Positions 12,442-25,699 of a DNA stretch of 64,000 bases are shown piece by piece (the stretch's first letter is position 1; each line of letters starts with the position of its first letter). The stretch is from the NCBI RefSeq assembly GCF_009914755.1, contig NC_060933.1, one strand, 5' to 3'. A model generated the notes under the pieces. The model was not told where the DNA came from and did not search any database. It worked only from the letters and a program-made list of their open reading frames with translations. Position numbers and translations under genes: made by a program. Origin of the DNA: the human T2T-CHM13v2.0 reference genome, Homo sapiens.

Positions 12442-13439
12442 ACCTTGTAACCTTTTCTTGATAGACAGATATAATGTACTAGGTAAAAGAAATTATAGTA
12501 AATAGGCCTTTAGCATGTGGTGGTAAGATGTTAGGGGAAGACAAATAACAGTCCTATAATTATAATTCTATAATCTCTGTCTTTTAGTGAGTTTGTGCCC
12601 CTGGACTGTGGACTTCACAAGTGTCTCTTCACAAGTGTCCACAATCTGTCTCCTTGGGACAGAATAGCTAGAGGAAGCTGGAATCAGGTATTTTTCTTCT
12701 CTTATATCAGTTGGGACCTGATAAAACCCCAATATATAAGGCTCTGATAAAATAGCTTCTCCTGAAGGCAGCCCATGCTCATAAGAACAGAATGCTCCGG
12801 AGTATTTCAAACTAGTTACTTTTCTGCTCCCACTGCCAGAATCAGCAGGGGATCTTTCCCTGATCTTCACTTTGAAAGCCTGGTAGAGATTCTGGAGTTA
12901 AAACTCACAAAAGTGTGAGGGCCCCAGTATGAATGTCCTCGCTGGACTATTTTACTCTCAGACTTGTCCACACCAAGCCTACAGCAGTTTGTCAATTACA
13001 TCTCAGGTTTTCCTACTCTTAACTAATTCCAGTGGAGCATTCTGCTCTGCTCTGTTAAGTTGTGATTCTCTATATCCAGTCCGTGTTTCCAATTTGGAGG
13101 GCATAAGTTTGCTCTGTAACCTCACTTCTCTGATGAATCTAAAAAGAGTGGTTGATTTTTTTTTCAAATTGTTCAGATTTTTACTTGTTGTTAGGATAGA
13201 GTAACAACTTCCAAGCTCCTTACTTTTGTGACTGGAAACTTACACTCCAGCTTTTCAGACAATAAAAATAATTTCTAAACTGAGGGCACAAATCTTCTGT
13301 ATACCATTGATTTTGTATTTATAACCTCACGCTAGGAAGCATTCATATATTCAGGGCTTTGAAGATAAACCAGTTCTTCCTAAACTCTCTATATGACAAT
13401 CTACTGCCTTTTTCCATTGTCTTGTCTGCCTTCCTCAAG

Positions 13440-13554
13440 GTCGGTTTCAAACAGTGCATTTAAAGCATGCAACAGTACATGGGTTAAAAAACAGAGAACA
13501 TATTAAGGACTGCATAAACAACAAAGGCATTGGAATAGTAGCCATTCAAAAAAG
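13440..13554 (+). other. Candidate 115-nt exon (unverified)
   Basis: Pyrimidine tract gcctttttccattgtcttgtctgccttcctcAAG, donor AAG|GTAAGA; one frame open. Confidence 0.3.
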
Positions 13555-14089
13555 GTAAGAATCCATGGCCATTCTTAAGCACAAACATAGTTTTTAAATC
13601 AGCTTATTATGATGATAATAGCTTTTACATTCAGGAATGAAGGAATAGAATATTTTAAAAAATTAATGTTACTTAGGATTAGTCTATTAAAGATTAGTTT
13701 TTCAAAGAAAAATGGTAGGCCTGACAAAACTAGAAAACTTGTTTTAAAATTTCAAGATGCATTTTTGCCAGCTAAAACTTTAAAGTCAACTTTTGAAGCT
13801 TTAAAACAAGATGACCCTTCTTGTCTTCATGATAGACATGCTATTCCATATTTTTCCCTGAAATAGGCCAATAACCTTCACATTGAAATCTGTTGAAGTT
13901 GGTAATTCCCTCCCTTAAAGTTCTACAAAGCATTTTAGGGGACATGTAACTACTAGGCTAACAAACCTTGCAGTCTCACACTTGTGTATCACTCATCCAC
14001 CATATTTTGACTAGGAGCATTTTCACTTTGTATAATCTTTAGGTTCTCAAACTATTAGCCCTGATGATAGACCTGACCTTATCTGCTCT

Positions 14090-14420
14090 TTACCTGAAAC
14101 TTTGCTTGTAAATGTTCCTTTATCTAAAACACTTTCTCGACACCCCAACCCAAAATAAATATATCTAAAAAATCACCCTTCAAATTTCAGGAAAGGAACC
14201 TTATTTAATCATTCCTCCCTACTCCTGGACTACATGTTCTTATAGATCTATGTTCCCTTCTTTCAAAATATTTATATTGGTTTGCAATATGAATTCATAC
14301 AGTGTGATGATTTGCTATGAAAAATTCACATGTGGTAACCGCTTTTGCTCACAACTGTATTCTTATATCCTAAAGATGGCAAAGAAAGAGTGATAAATAA
14401 ATAATTGTTGAATCAATAAA
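14090..14420 (+). mobile_element. L2 3' fragment
   Basis: Ends ttttgctcacaactgtattc...taaataaataattgttgaatcaataaa, resembling the L2 3' terminus. Confidence 0.45.
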
Positions 14421-15986
14421 ATATTGAGGTGTCTCATGAAATCATTACATCTTCCAGACAATTAAACTAGGAGGGCCCTAATAGAATCATACATATGGCT
14501 GGGAATAAAGAGAGACACAGCATGTAGGATGCAAAGTACCTAAAGTCAGGTCTCACAACTTTTCTCAGGGTAAATGTTTCCCCATTGACCATTAGATAAA
14601 TGAATTCCCCTGACAGTCCAAAGCTTCTTCCATTTTCTCCATCCATCCTCCTGAAATGCATATATCCCTGAGAGTCTTTCGAAGTTAATTTATATATTCT
14701 TTTCCATCTCATTCGCTGCACTGGGGAATTCAAAACAAAACAAAACCTGAAATAAACCTCAAGGAGCACTAGAATTGAAATTCAGCTACAGTGAAAACTG
14801 ATTCATTTTTGTCTCACACTATCTGTTTCAAACTCCCAAGGGTGGTGGCTAGGTCTGCTCAACTGTCTTGTAATGATCCTGTCCTCCCACTGTCACTCTC
14901 CCCAATCATGAGATGCTGTCTGGTCTGTTTGGAGGCCTAAGACATGAATGAATACCTTAGGGGGCTGTATCAGTATTTATTGTCGGGGTGGTGAAGGGTG
15001 GGAGGAAGAAGTAGTGTAATAAAAACCATCTGTGCTGAGAATTATAGAAGCCAGAAAGGGACTCGCAGGGAGTCCTGCATCTATCACCACATGGAAGCCC
15101 AATTAAAACACACATTCAAAAAACAGGATCCTGTCAGAATATGCCTCAGTCAGAAAAACTGCAAGTGAAATTACACTGAACTCATTCACTGTTAAGTAGA
15201 ATAGAATAAATGGAAATAAGAAGGTGGGAATAAAGACCTAATAAAATGTTCTCAGTGTATTTTTTTAACTTCCTCTATTTCAAGTAAACAAAATTCACAA
15301 TTCTAAGTCTACTAAATGGAACTTTGAATGAAATAAAGATTGGCAGAAGTGATGTTATGTGACAATAAGAATAACCAAATTCCATAACAAGTATCAAGGC
15401 AGCATATAATTAGAAGGCATGTTTCGCAGGCATTAATATCTAGAAATATGAAAAGATATATTCTTTAATGCCCTGAAAAGCACAGAATTCAGCTAAAATA
15501 TGAATATTCAGAAAATAAACATAAGCACACCTGTTAGGTATGTATCATGTATAATTCAGGGATCCCCAAGGAGAGCTCCTTTGTTCCCCATCTGATTAGT
15601 TTTGCATCATGAGGTTGACTCTTGCAGATGCCTCATCACTGTGACCATTTTTATCTGTCTGCCTTAGCTGCTCTCTTTCTCTGTATACCTGAAACTGTAT
15701 AAGCAGTTTCAAGGCTGATCAGTTGACTGTACTATGAATAATAAAATGCTTATCTTTGTCTGGGGGGAGAACTTGGTTAACCCTCTTCCAGTGGAACAGT
15801 ATTCATAGTAAGAACAGGATGAACAGTTCAGTGTGAAACAATGAGGGAACTCAGCCGAGAAAGCCAGTCTTTCCAACCACCTATGTACACGGTGCTTCTT
15901 CGTGTAGCTTCCTTTGCCTCAGCCACCCTCCAGATCAGATTTCAGAGTCACAGCAAGCAGAAGCCTGCTGTCTGTTTTAAACTAAT

Positions 15987-16068
15987 TATCTATCTATCTA
16001 TCTATCTATCTATCCATCTATTATTGTCTGTCTATCTATCATCTATCCATCATCTATCTATCATCTAC
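15987..16068. repeat. Compound (TATC)n/GATA-type tetranucleotide STR
   Basis: (TATC)7 at 15987-16014 followed by degenerate TCTG/TATC/CATC units. Confidence 0.95.
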
Positions 16069-17267
16069 ATCTGTCCATGCTGAGTTTAAATCAAGGTAAT
16101 GACCCTAGACCTGATCTATAATAGATTATTTATGTTTTCTTGTTCAGATGCAACCAACAAACAATGTATCTTTGTCAAATTGATAATAATGACTATCATG
16201 CTACAATTAATTAAGCAAAACACACATTTTAACCATTTTTCCTCTCCCACATGTCTTTTAATCTTATGTCCTCAAGGGTTCTAACACAGATAGTCTGATG
16301 GATGTTCTGCAGAAACCTGAAAAATACCTTGTTCCTGTTCTTTTTATTCCTGAGAACATCACCCTCCTTCAGGTAATAGTGACTATAAGGGTAAGATTTA
16401 ACAAGTTTCTACTAACATGCCCTATCTCTATTATTTCTAATAAAGTGTTTTGTTTTGTTTTTTAACTCTCATACTATGTCAGTTAAAGGATGCCTGACTG
16501 GACATTCCTAATTGCTAATTGGTTTTAGTTTAGTGTGTTTTCAGGTGCTGACTTCTTTTATGCAAAGTTGAGAAATCCAGTTTGATTATTATCCAATCCA
16601 ATGTTAAATGAATAGTGTTTTGAGTAAGAATGGTTTGTTGTTTTTTGAATTTTAGAAAGATAAATTTTCTTTTGTATGTTTACTTTGGATGTATTTGGGG
16701 GGAAAATCTAATATATCTAAGGCCGTGTTCCAAGCTTTCCTTAAATAAATTTTCAAAATTTTACTTCAAATCAAATGCAATAACACATTGAGTAATTATG
16801 AATCATATATAATTTTTAATGTCAGGAAGTATTAGTACATGTCACAAATACAAACAGAAATGCTTGCACAAAGAATAATACTTCATTTATCTAAATATAG
16901 TATATGAGTGAATTCTGCACATAAACAAAACATCTATTTTAAAGTACTAATTAAAATTATATATGTATACTAATAATATATTTAATTTGTAGTTATCTAG
17001 CTACTTACACAAATATACTCAGCATGATTCTCAATATGATTGATAATTCAGGGCTATTTAATAAATGTCAATTATTTAACTAGAGATTAATATGCCAATG
17101 TCTCTTGATTTATGAAGGGCTATTGCACCTATGATTTAATGGTTCACATATATGGAAATATTTTTTAAATTCCAGAGGCTATATTTTATGCTTTTAGTAT
17201 AATCAACCTTTTTGTGAATAATACAAATTCTACTAACTTTTATCCAAACTGAAATATACATCTCGGA

Positions 17268-17628
17268 TGCCATGGTTTGAATGTTTGTGTCTCCCCCAGA
17301 TTTGTATGTTGAAACCTCAATACCAACATTATGATATTAAGAGGTGGGGCCATTGGGAGCTGATTGGGTCAAGTGCTAGACCCTCATGAGTGAAATTAGT
17401 ATGCTCATAACAGAGGCCCCAAAGAGTTGCCTTGAACCTTGCATTATGTGAGGACACAGCAAGAAGGTAACATCTGTGAGTCAGGAAATGAACCCTTACC
17501 AGATGCCAAATCTACCAGTGTCTTGATCTTGAACTTCCCAGCCACCATAACTGTGGGAAATTAATTTCAGTTGTTTATAAGCTAGCAAGTTTATGGTATT
17601 TTGTTATAGCGACCCAAATGGACTGACA
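17268..17628 (+). mobile_element. MLT1A/MLT1A0 solo LTR (ERVL-MaLR)
   Basis: tgccatggtttgaatgtttgtgtc...gtgaggacacagcaagaagg...ttgatcttgaacttcccagcc...ggtattttgttatagc...gactgaca. Confidence 0.88.
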
Positions 17629-18204
17629 TCTTATAATTGAGGTTGTTGGATAAGTGGACTCTGAATAAAAAATGTCATGCACATAACTATTAGATGCCTA
17701 TTTAGCTAGAGATATTTACGTGACTAAACCACGAGATTTTTTTTCAAAAAATGCCACTGTAAAATAGACCCTCATCAGCCAATGGAAAGGTTTGTGCAAA
17801 TACTTGTTCAGGGGTTAATAGAAAAATCTACTTGGGATGACTGGAACAGTCTCTTTCTAAATTTCACTGGTTATCTTTGAACTATACACCTTTCACATCT
17901 TAGCTAAAATGCCACTGTCCTAGGAATAGCTTCCAGGAATCACCCCATTTCAAACTAGATCAGTCCTTGATTAACCCTCCAATTACATATTTACATGAGT
18001 TGAATAATATATGCTTCCCCCATTAGATTTAAAAAAATATCTTCCAAGGGAAATAAACTATTTTACTCAATACTGTGAATAAAACACAGAACAGTGTTAA
18101 AGAAAAACAGAGTGGGTATGTAATTGACATGTAACAAATAGATGAGTGAATATGGTAATGGTGATTCTGGGTAGAGGGCCTCAAGGAAATATGGTTTGGG
18201 GATG

Positions 18205-18325
18205 ATGTAGGCTCTGCAGACAGACAGATCTGGGTTTTGATACTGGCCCCAGCATTTATTATTAGTAATTTTTAATTGTACCTCATCTCTGTGTTAATAT
18301 TCCCTACTACCTTGAGCTTCAGTGA
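18205..18325 (+). mobile_element. MIR 5' fragment
   Basis: ggctctgcagacagacagatctgggttttgatactggccccagcattta. Confidence 0.55.
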
Positions 18326-18441
18326 TAATAAAATTAGGTATTTTAGGTAAAAAAATGTATTTATTAAGTGCTTAATGTATTTATTAAGTGATAAGAAAAT
18401 TAGGTATTTTAGATTAAAAATATATTTTTATGTGCTTAATG
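18321..18441. repeat. Imperfect ~66-bp-period tandem duplication with nested 17-bp repeat
   Basis: agtgataa(t/g)aaaattaggtattttag...gtgcttaatg at 18321 and 18387; aatgtatttattaagtg twice. Confidence 0.85.
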
Positions 18442-18504
18442 CTAAGGAAGATTCTTAGTTTAATTGCAATAATCTATATTTTAGGGCTAACCCTACGTTT
18501 CTAT

Positions 18505-18680
18505 CATAGCCTTGCACTTAACAGCTTAGTGATCAAATAGAAGTTATTAATTCTCCTCAAAATTCAGTTTCCTCATCTGTAAAATAGTGATAACACCACT
18601 CAAGAACTGTGAAGATTTATATGTCATATTTTAAATAAAGTGTTTAGCCCAGAGGCTAGCACATGGCAAGTACTCAGTAT
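18505..18680 (+). mobile_element. MIR
   Basis: cagtttcctcatctgtaaaatagtgataac...gctagcacatggcaagtactcag. Confidence 0.75.
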
Positions 18681-18869
18681 TCCCTCTCATGATCCCTATC
18701 ATTATTCTCTTAACCACCTAAGCCCCACCACACTCCCTGAACAGCAAGGTGAGCAAGGTTTTCAAAAAGAACTGATATGTATTTAACTATGCATCCTAGA
18801 GAAATTAATATAAAAAGATGCATTAACCTTGGGACAACACATAATTCAAGTGTGGGTCAGAAGAGTGAG

Positions 18870-19070
18870 TTAGTAGAGCAGTTAAGGGTTGCTTCTGGAG
18901 TCACACTCCTTCACTAACTACCTGATTCTGTTATTTAAGTATTGTAATACTTAATTTCCTCATCTAGAAATAAAAACAGCCCCAATATATACAGCTTTTT
19001 TGATAATTAAATGAGCCAATTAATCAAACACATTTAGTACAGTGCCTTGCCCAGATAAGAACTCACAAAA
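18870..19070 (+). mobile_element. MIR
   Basis: gttaagggttgcttctggagtcac...tttcctcatctagaaat...ttagtacagtgccttgccc. Confidence 0.65.
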
Positions 19071-19684
19071 ACTTACTCCATTAAACAACTCACAAATACT
19101 ATATCCGTATAGGAATAAGGCAATGAGTCTATTAAAGACAAGCTATACTTACAATGGCTCTAGGCTGGGGACTTGGTTATCTTCTCTGTTGGAAAAGAGA
19201 TGCTAGGAACAATGAAGACAGCCTTTTCATTGGATTACAGCAGTATAGTATCCAGTAAGTCCAGCAAGTCCAGCAATTATATAAAAAAGATTTAAGAAAT
19301 ACTCTACATTTGACAGAATAAAATGTAAATATGTAAAAGCTAATAAAGTAAAGAATAATGCCGGTAGGAGATAGTAGAGACAGAAATGATGAAGGATTGT
19401 AAAATGTACCCGGTAATTCAGTAGTGACACATTTATATCGCTATAGAATATTAAGTGAGAAATAAACGTTTTTGACCCTTTAAGGGTTTTATATTAAATT
19501 CAGCATTGCACCCACTTGAATGATCAAAATGAACTTGAAAATGTATGTGTGTAAATATAAACAGCATATGCTGAAGTTTCACCATCTCTTATATATAAAA
19601 ACTTTATTAAAAAGAACATAGTTTTACAAAGCATCTTAGGGAGCCCAAGCCTAGGGTTCTTTGGATTATATCTTTTCTTCTCAG

Positions 19685-19910
19685 ACTGATTAAGTAGCTC
19701 AAGCTCTGAATCTAGAATGCCTATGATTGAAACTCAGCTCTACCATTTTACAGAAAAATTACTTAAATTATTTGAGGTTCCTTTACCCCATTTGTAAAAT
19801 GGACATAATAAACAGTACCTACTTTGTATGACTACAATAAGGATTAAATAAACTAGACATATACAGCATGTAGAATAGAGACTGGCATATAATACTAGAT
19901 GTTACCATTA
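19685..19910 (+). mobile_element. MIR
   Basis: gctctgaatctagaatgcc...cagctctaccatt...catttgtaaaatggacataataaacagtacctac. Confidence 0.75.
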
Positions 19911-20076
19911 ACTCCAAATTTTTATTCATGATTAACTACAATAAAAGATTCTAGAAGAAAGCAAAATCTAACTATTTCAAATATGTAGCAAACATTTTTG
20001 TTGCATGTGTTTTGCTTAAATATGATTAAGAAACATAGAATTTAAAAAGAAAGTGTATTACAACTCAATTCCTAAT

Positions 20077-20388
<312 letters not shown>

Positions 20389-20567
20389 TCAATTCCTAAT
20401 CTTACCGCTTCAATACTTATTTTTTTAGGCTTCAATATATTTTATTTATTTGCTTATGAAAGCCTCAATGATGACATTTCTGTACACATATACAAACGGT
20501 CATACAAATATAATAACTAAAACTGATAAATATGAATTTGCCACTATTGACTTTCTCTTGATGGCTT

Positions 20568-20775
20568 GTATGAGAGAGACTCTAACTAGTCATGAAGCTG
20601 ACTGTCTCTTCTTCTTGGTCACACAATTTGCCCTCCGTTTCCCAGCTTCTCTTGCAGTTAGTTATGATCATATGACTATGCTAGCCAAAAGAACGTGAGC
20701 AAAAATGATAAGCACCTCTTGAAAACTTGGATCATAAAATGCTCCATGCTCTTTCCTTCTGGTTGTCCAATTGGT
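20568..20775 (+). mobile_element. MLT1I/J-like LTR, 5' half
   Basis: tttcccagcttctcttgcagttagttatgatcatatgact...tagccaaaagaacgtgagc...ctccatgctctttcc. Confidence 0.6.
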
Positions 20776-21072
20776 ATTTCTGTGTCTATTTTCTAGCATT
20801 TCTAACAGGGCTTTTTGCTGTGTTCTTCTGTGTTTACATGTGTATTTTCCATTAGAAGGTACTGATTTTGGACACAGGATTTGAGTAAGCAGTTTTGTGT
20901 GTGGAGGGGTGTGGTCAGGAACAGCAGAGAACATCTCTCTTGGAAGACAGTAAGAAGCAGTGGCTACCACAATAAAGAAAGCTTAACAAAATTCATATCT
21001 GGCATTGACTGGGGATCATTAATACATAGAATCCTTGAATAATTCTACTGTCTTACTATGCTGTGACAACTA

Positions 21073-21388
<316 letters not shown>

Positions 21389-21425
<37 letters not shown>

Positions 21426-21460
21426 ACACACACATACGCACATATACATATATATATATC
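21389..21460. repeat. (TA)n(CA)n compound microsatellite derived from the Alu tail
   Basis: Direct reading. Confidence 0.95.
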
Positions 21461-21709
21461 TCTCTCCACTACAGTCATTAACATCTTCTACATCTCAACA
21501 TCTCAACACTTCCATGCACTTTATACATTTCATGCCAATGGTAGCAAAAATACCAGCAGGATCCCAATCACCATCAAGGCTCAAAATGCTTGCCAAGCAC
21601 TTTTCAGATCCAGGTTGAAGCCAGAGATTTTGCACTAAATCTGCCAGTTGCTCTGTAATATGCAGTGTTTTCACAGTGTCTCGTAGATAGCCTGAGAGTC
21701 ACAATATTC

Positions 21710-21920
21710 TCATGAGCCCTACTGCAATGCTGATTGTCACGTGTTGAAGATGGCAGAGCCTTTTCAGCCCAGTTCTATGCAATGCTGAATGGAACATAAG
21801 CCCTTTACTATTAACGGCAGTCATTTTGGTGTTTTAATGAGCAAGATAAAATCCTTTGTGTCAAGCCATGAATTTTGGGCTCTTCTCTATTACAACAGCT
21901 AGCGTTATCTAGATAGTATA
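21710..21920 (+). mobile_element. MLT1I/J-like LTR, 3' half
   Basis: gaagatggcagagcc...gagcaagataaaatcctttgtgtcaagccatgaattttggg...acaacagctagcgtta. Confidence 0.6.
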
Positions 21921-22947
21921 ATTAATTTTCCATGATGTTAATGGTTTTGATAAGTTTGAGTCACTGGAATAAAAATGTTGATTCACTCTAAAATAAAATA
22001 ATTGTTTATTATAGTTACTTAAATGTTTCATAATTATTACATATGCATTCTACTTTATGTTATGTTTAGTTATTATGTAGGTAGAAATTCAAATTTCTAC
22101 CATGAAAGTTCTGTAATGTTACTCATCCAGAAGCAGTTTTTAGATGAACAATGTGATATTTACAAAAGAGTGAATTTAGTGAATTCTAATAATTTTGTTT
22201 AGTTTAACTAAACTATGAGTCCATCTGTATCTTTTGTATTTTTATAGGTTACACTTCTTAGAATGTGAGTCGTAGTCAATAATTCTAGCATACTGTAACC
22301 TGACTAAACAAAAAATTTAGGAAGATCACCAGACTCCAACCCAAGACTGCAGAAACATTTGGACTGGTGATGGATTTTTCCAATTACTGCTTTCAGTGTT
22401 CACTGTCTATGAACATATTGAAGCCATTTAGGATATATTATTCTAGTAAATGAGCAGACTGTTCACACACATTAAATTCCTGTTTCTGTGTAGACTGTAA
22501 AATGCAATACCTTTATCTATTTCATGCTGGAATTAAAAATCCATATCACAGATTCTTAGAAAATAAACCATTATTCCTTCCTGAAAAATGTAAATGAGAA
22601 TGAGCATGTATATTATCACAAAAGTGCTGAAATATATCCACTGTTTTTCTGGGTAATGTATCTAAGATTAATTTATTCTGCAATGTACACTTATAATGTA
22701 CAGTCCCCTAACATTAGATAACGGAATTAGAGAAGTGGAAGGGTCCAGTGGAAGGATGAATAAGTTATTTGTATGTGAGCTGAGAGGTCAGGAAGAAGAG
22801 GTGGGTGGGGTTGCTAAAGCAAATAAATAGGTTTAGTAAAACCAGAAGGTCATCGTTCTGGTTTCCTCATTGCATACATTTTAACTGTATTATAAGAAGC
22901 TATGCCACTGTTAATTTAAAATATCTACTATGATTATTAACACTTAC

Positions 22948-23018
22948 CTTACATAGACAAGCCACTTTTCTGAAAAGGAATCTTTCAGAAGATTTGTTTG
23001 GCAGGAGTTGAAGAATAA
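22948..23018 (-). other. Candidate 71-nt exon (unverified)
   Basis: Minus strand: tcttttctttctttcttctAAG acceptor and consensus donor AAG|GTAAGT. Confidence 0.25.
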
Positions 23019-25699
23019 CTTAGAAGAAAGAAAGAAAAGAACTAAAGGTACCTGTGGCTTTAATCTACACAAATGATGCCTGCCTATATTGGACTTGTGT
23101 CAGTGGAAGAAAATTAGGTAAATCCAGAGGGCTTTTCCAATACATTATTAAATGTGTGGGCCAAGTTGAATTTGAATTTGGTAGTTGGGGGTCTAGAAAC
23201 AAAAATAATAGTGACAATAAAATGTGTTGTGATACCTTTATACAGGCATCGTACAAGATAAATTACATGCAATACTCCTGTCCACATTATGAGTCTGGGA
23301 GCTCGAAATAATACTTCCATCTCAAATGGATATACCATTCTCCTGTTTCTGTACACTTAAAATGCCTTCAAAACTTTTTCAGCATTAAAAAAAAAAACAA
23401 CATAAACAATAAAATCTTCTCAGCAATGCGATGGCTCCTTCCACATGTAAGATTAAAATTAGAACCACTTTCCAAGTTATTTTCTTTTTTTAATTTTTTA
23501 CAAAGAGAAAAATTAGAAAAACAGAGGTAGGGATTTTAAGCAGAAAGAGGGATGGAGTATGTGAAAGAAAGAATGGCATTAAGGAAACCTAGATAGGAAA
23601 GGGTCCAAAATATTCAGACTAAGTAAATCTTATGACAAGGGGACAGGGAAAGTAATGTTATAAGAGGTCTACCCTGACACAATGACATAATTCAGGTGTA
23701 TATTTGGTTGCATGAGCCCTAAGACCTGCGTTAAAAAGAAGCCAGTATAGGATCACGTATTTGTCACAAATATAGTTTCCTTTAAAGCAAGAGCAAAGAA
23801 AAACAGATTGTGCAGTGTATTCTGTACACCTTGATTTAGTTCTAAATATTCTGTTCTTTGAGGCCAGAAATTGTGTTCCATTTATCTTTGCCAAATACAG
23901 TCATTTTTCTGGTAGATAAGACAGAAAGATAGATAGGTAGCTAGACAATTCATTTAATAATCATTTTCAAGATGATATAGCAACCCAAAATTTTTAAATC
24001 TCTAAGTGTTTGCTATCAAACTATATTAAAGTAATGGTACAGATATATGCTATTAAACTTAGTGTATAATTTTAAGCCAGCTATCATAAATTAACCATTT
24101 CCATTTACCTAGAGACTATGTCTGGAAATTCCTGATGAGTTTTAAAATATACGGTTTCTATCAATGGGGTATCATAGTGCAAATATACATTTTAGTATAA
24201 AATCTGCTATACAATTATAGACAATAATATTGAAAATTTAATATAAGCTGTAAAAACAACCAAAGGGTAACTATGAGACAGCAATTTTTTTTTCCTGATT
24301 TGTTAATATATGACCCCCAAGTAGGTGAAGGCTCTGTCAAGTTCACAGAGGTATCCAAGAAATTACATTCTAGGCAGAGGCTCTCAGAAAACTGCAGACT
24401 AATGGCTGCTTTAACCCTATTGTCCAGTGTCAAAGGAGTCATTCATATTGGAGGAGTGTGCCCATCAGCTGCTTAAAGAGGCCATGGCACTTAACTGAGC
24501 TCAAACTAGGGGAAAGTTACAAGATTTATTTCCCATGGCCACAACTTGATTAAAGAGACCCTAATCTAAAAAAAAAAAAAAAAAGATGAAGGGGGGATTT
24601 TTAAAAAATAAATGTTATTAAGGTCTAGGGACAGGCTTACAATCAATAGCTGAAATTTGGTAGGGGTGAGGTAAGTGGAGATAGGGATGGAAAATTACAA
24701 TAAACATGAGATTTTGGAAAGCAATCAACAGTAAACAATAAAGACTAAAACTCTAAGGAGATTTCCCTCTCTTTTCTCTCCCACACACTCAAGAGCAAAT
24801 GTACACAGAGTCATAATTTCTTCTCTCTAAACAATGCCAATGAATTCATAGACACATATAGAAACTAATGGTAGACAGAGTGTTTTTCCCCACTCAAAAT
24901 TATAAAGTAGGCAAATATTTTCAACATTCATCCCTCCTGTCTCTTCTTACTAGTCCAGTTACCCAGTCCTCAGTGTTTTTATATGACTCCTCGCTTCTCA
25001 GATCTAGTGGGAAATTTTTCAGGTGCTGGACCACTCGTTCCCAACTACTGTCACACAAACCTACACCTCAGTAACTCTCAGACCTTACTATGATAGTCAA
25101 TATATCCTATTACCTAATTCAGAATGAGGGGATAATGACAACTTAAATTCACAGAGCATTTACTGAATATCCAGATTTGAAAGACAAGAAGCCAGCGATA
25201 CAGTTAATGAAATAAGGCAGTGTCCCCAAGCAACATAGATTCCTTATAAATCAACAGAATACAGGAAGAATATAGGCAATGTTATAACAGAGATGGCAGG
25301 GACAGAAAAAATTTAAAAGATTAATTTCAACAAAGAACATTAAGAAAAGCTTCATGGGGGAGATGAAAGTTAAGAAGATGCTTATATGGCTTAAGTATAA
25401 AGGAAAAAAAAAAACAAACCATGTGAGACTTTAGGTTTAATACCAGTTAAGATGATAAATAGCCTGAATAATATGCCCAGTATTTTCTCAGTTTGTGAAC
25501 AGAGTTCAGATACTTGATGGGCCAGCTCAAAGCTGGATACCTCACTGCCCTAGGACAATGGAAGAAATAGCTTGAGTCTCCTGGCAGCCCTCTAATCATG
25601 AAATATATGTATAATACATAAACTACACAACCTCTTGCTTTTATCTTTCTCTTCAACCAAACATTGCTATCATACCAGACAATTTCGAAATTATACCCT

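Larger units (their letters stand above)
5850..13240 (-). mobile_element. Near full-length L1MC (L1MC1/2-like) LINE, interrupted by two AluJ and a MER11A
   Basis: L1MC 3'UTR motifs (catcattatcacccaaagtcc) at left; ORF2 C-terminal remnants translate in ORFs 7611-7823 and 7835-8035 (TIAKTWKHPKCPS, SGTATLENSL); L1M4/MC-type 5' start (revcomp gtaaggagcttggaagttgttactctatcctaacaacaag) near 13185-13225. Confidence 0.8.
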
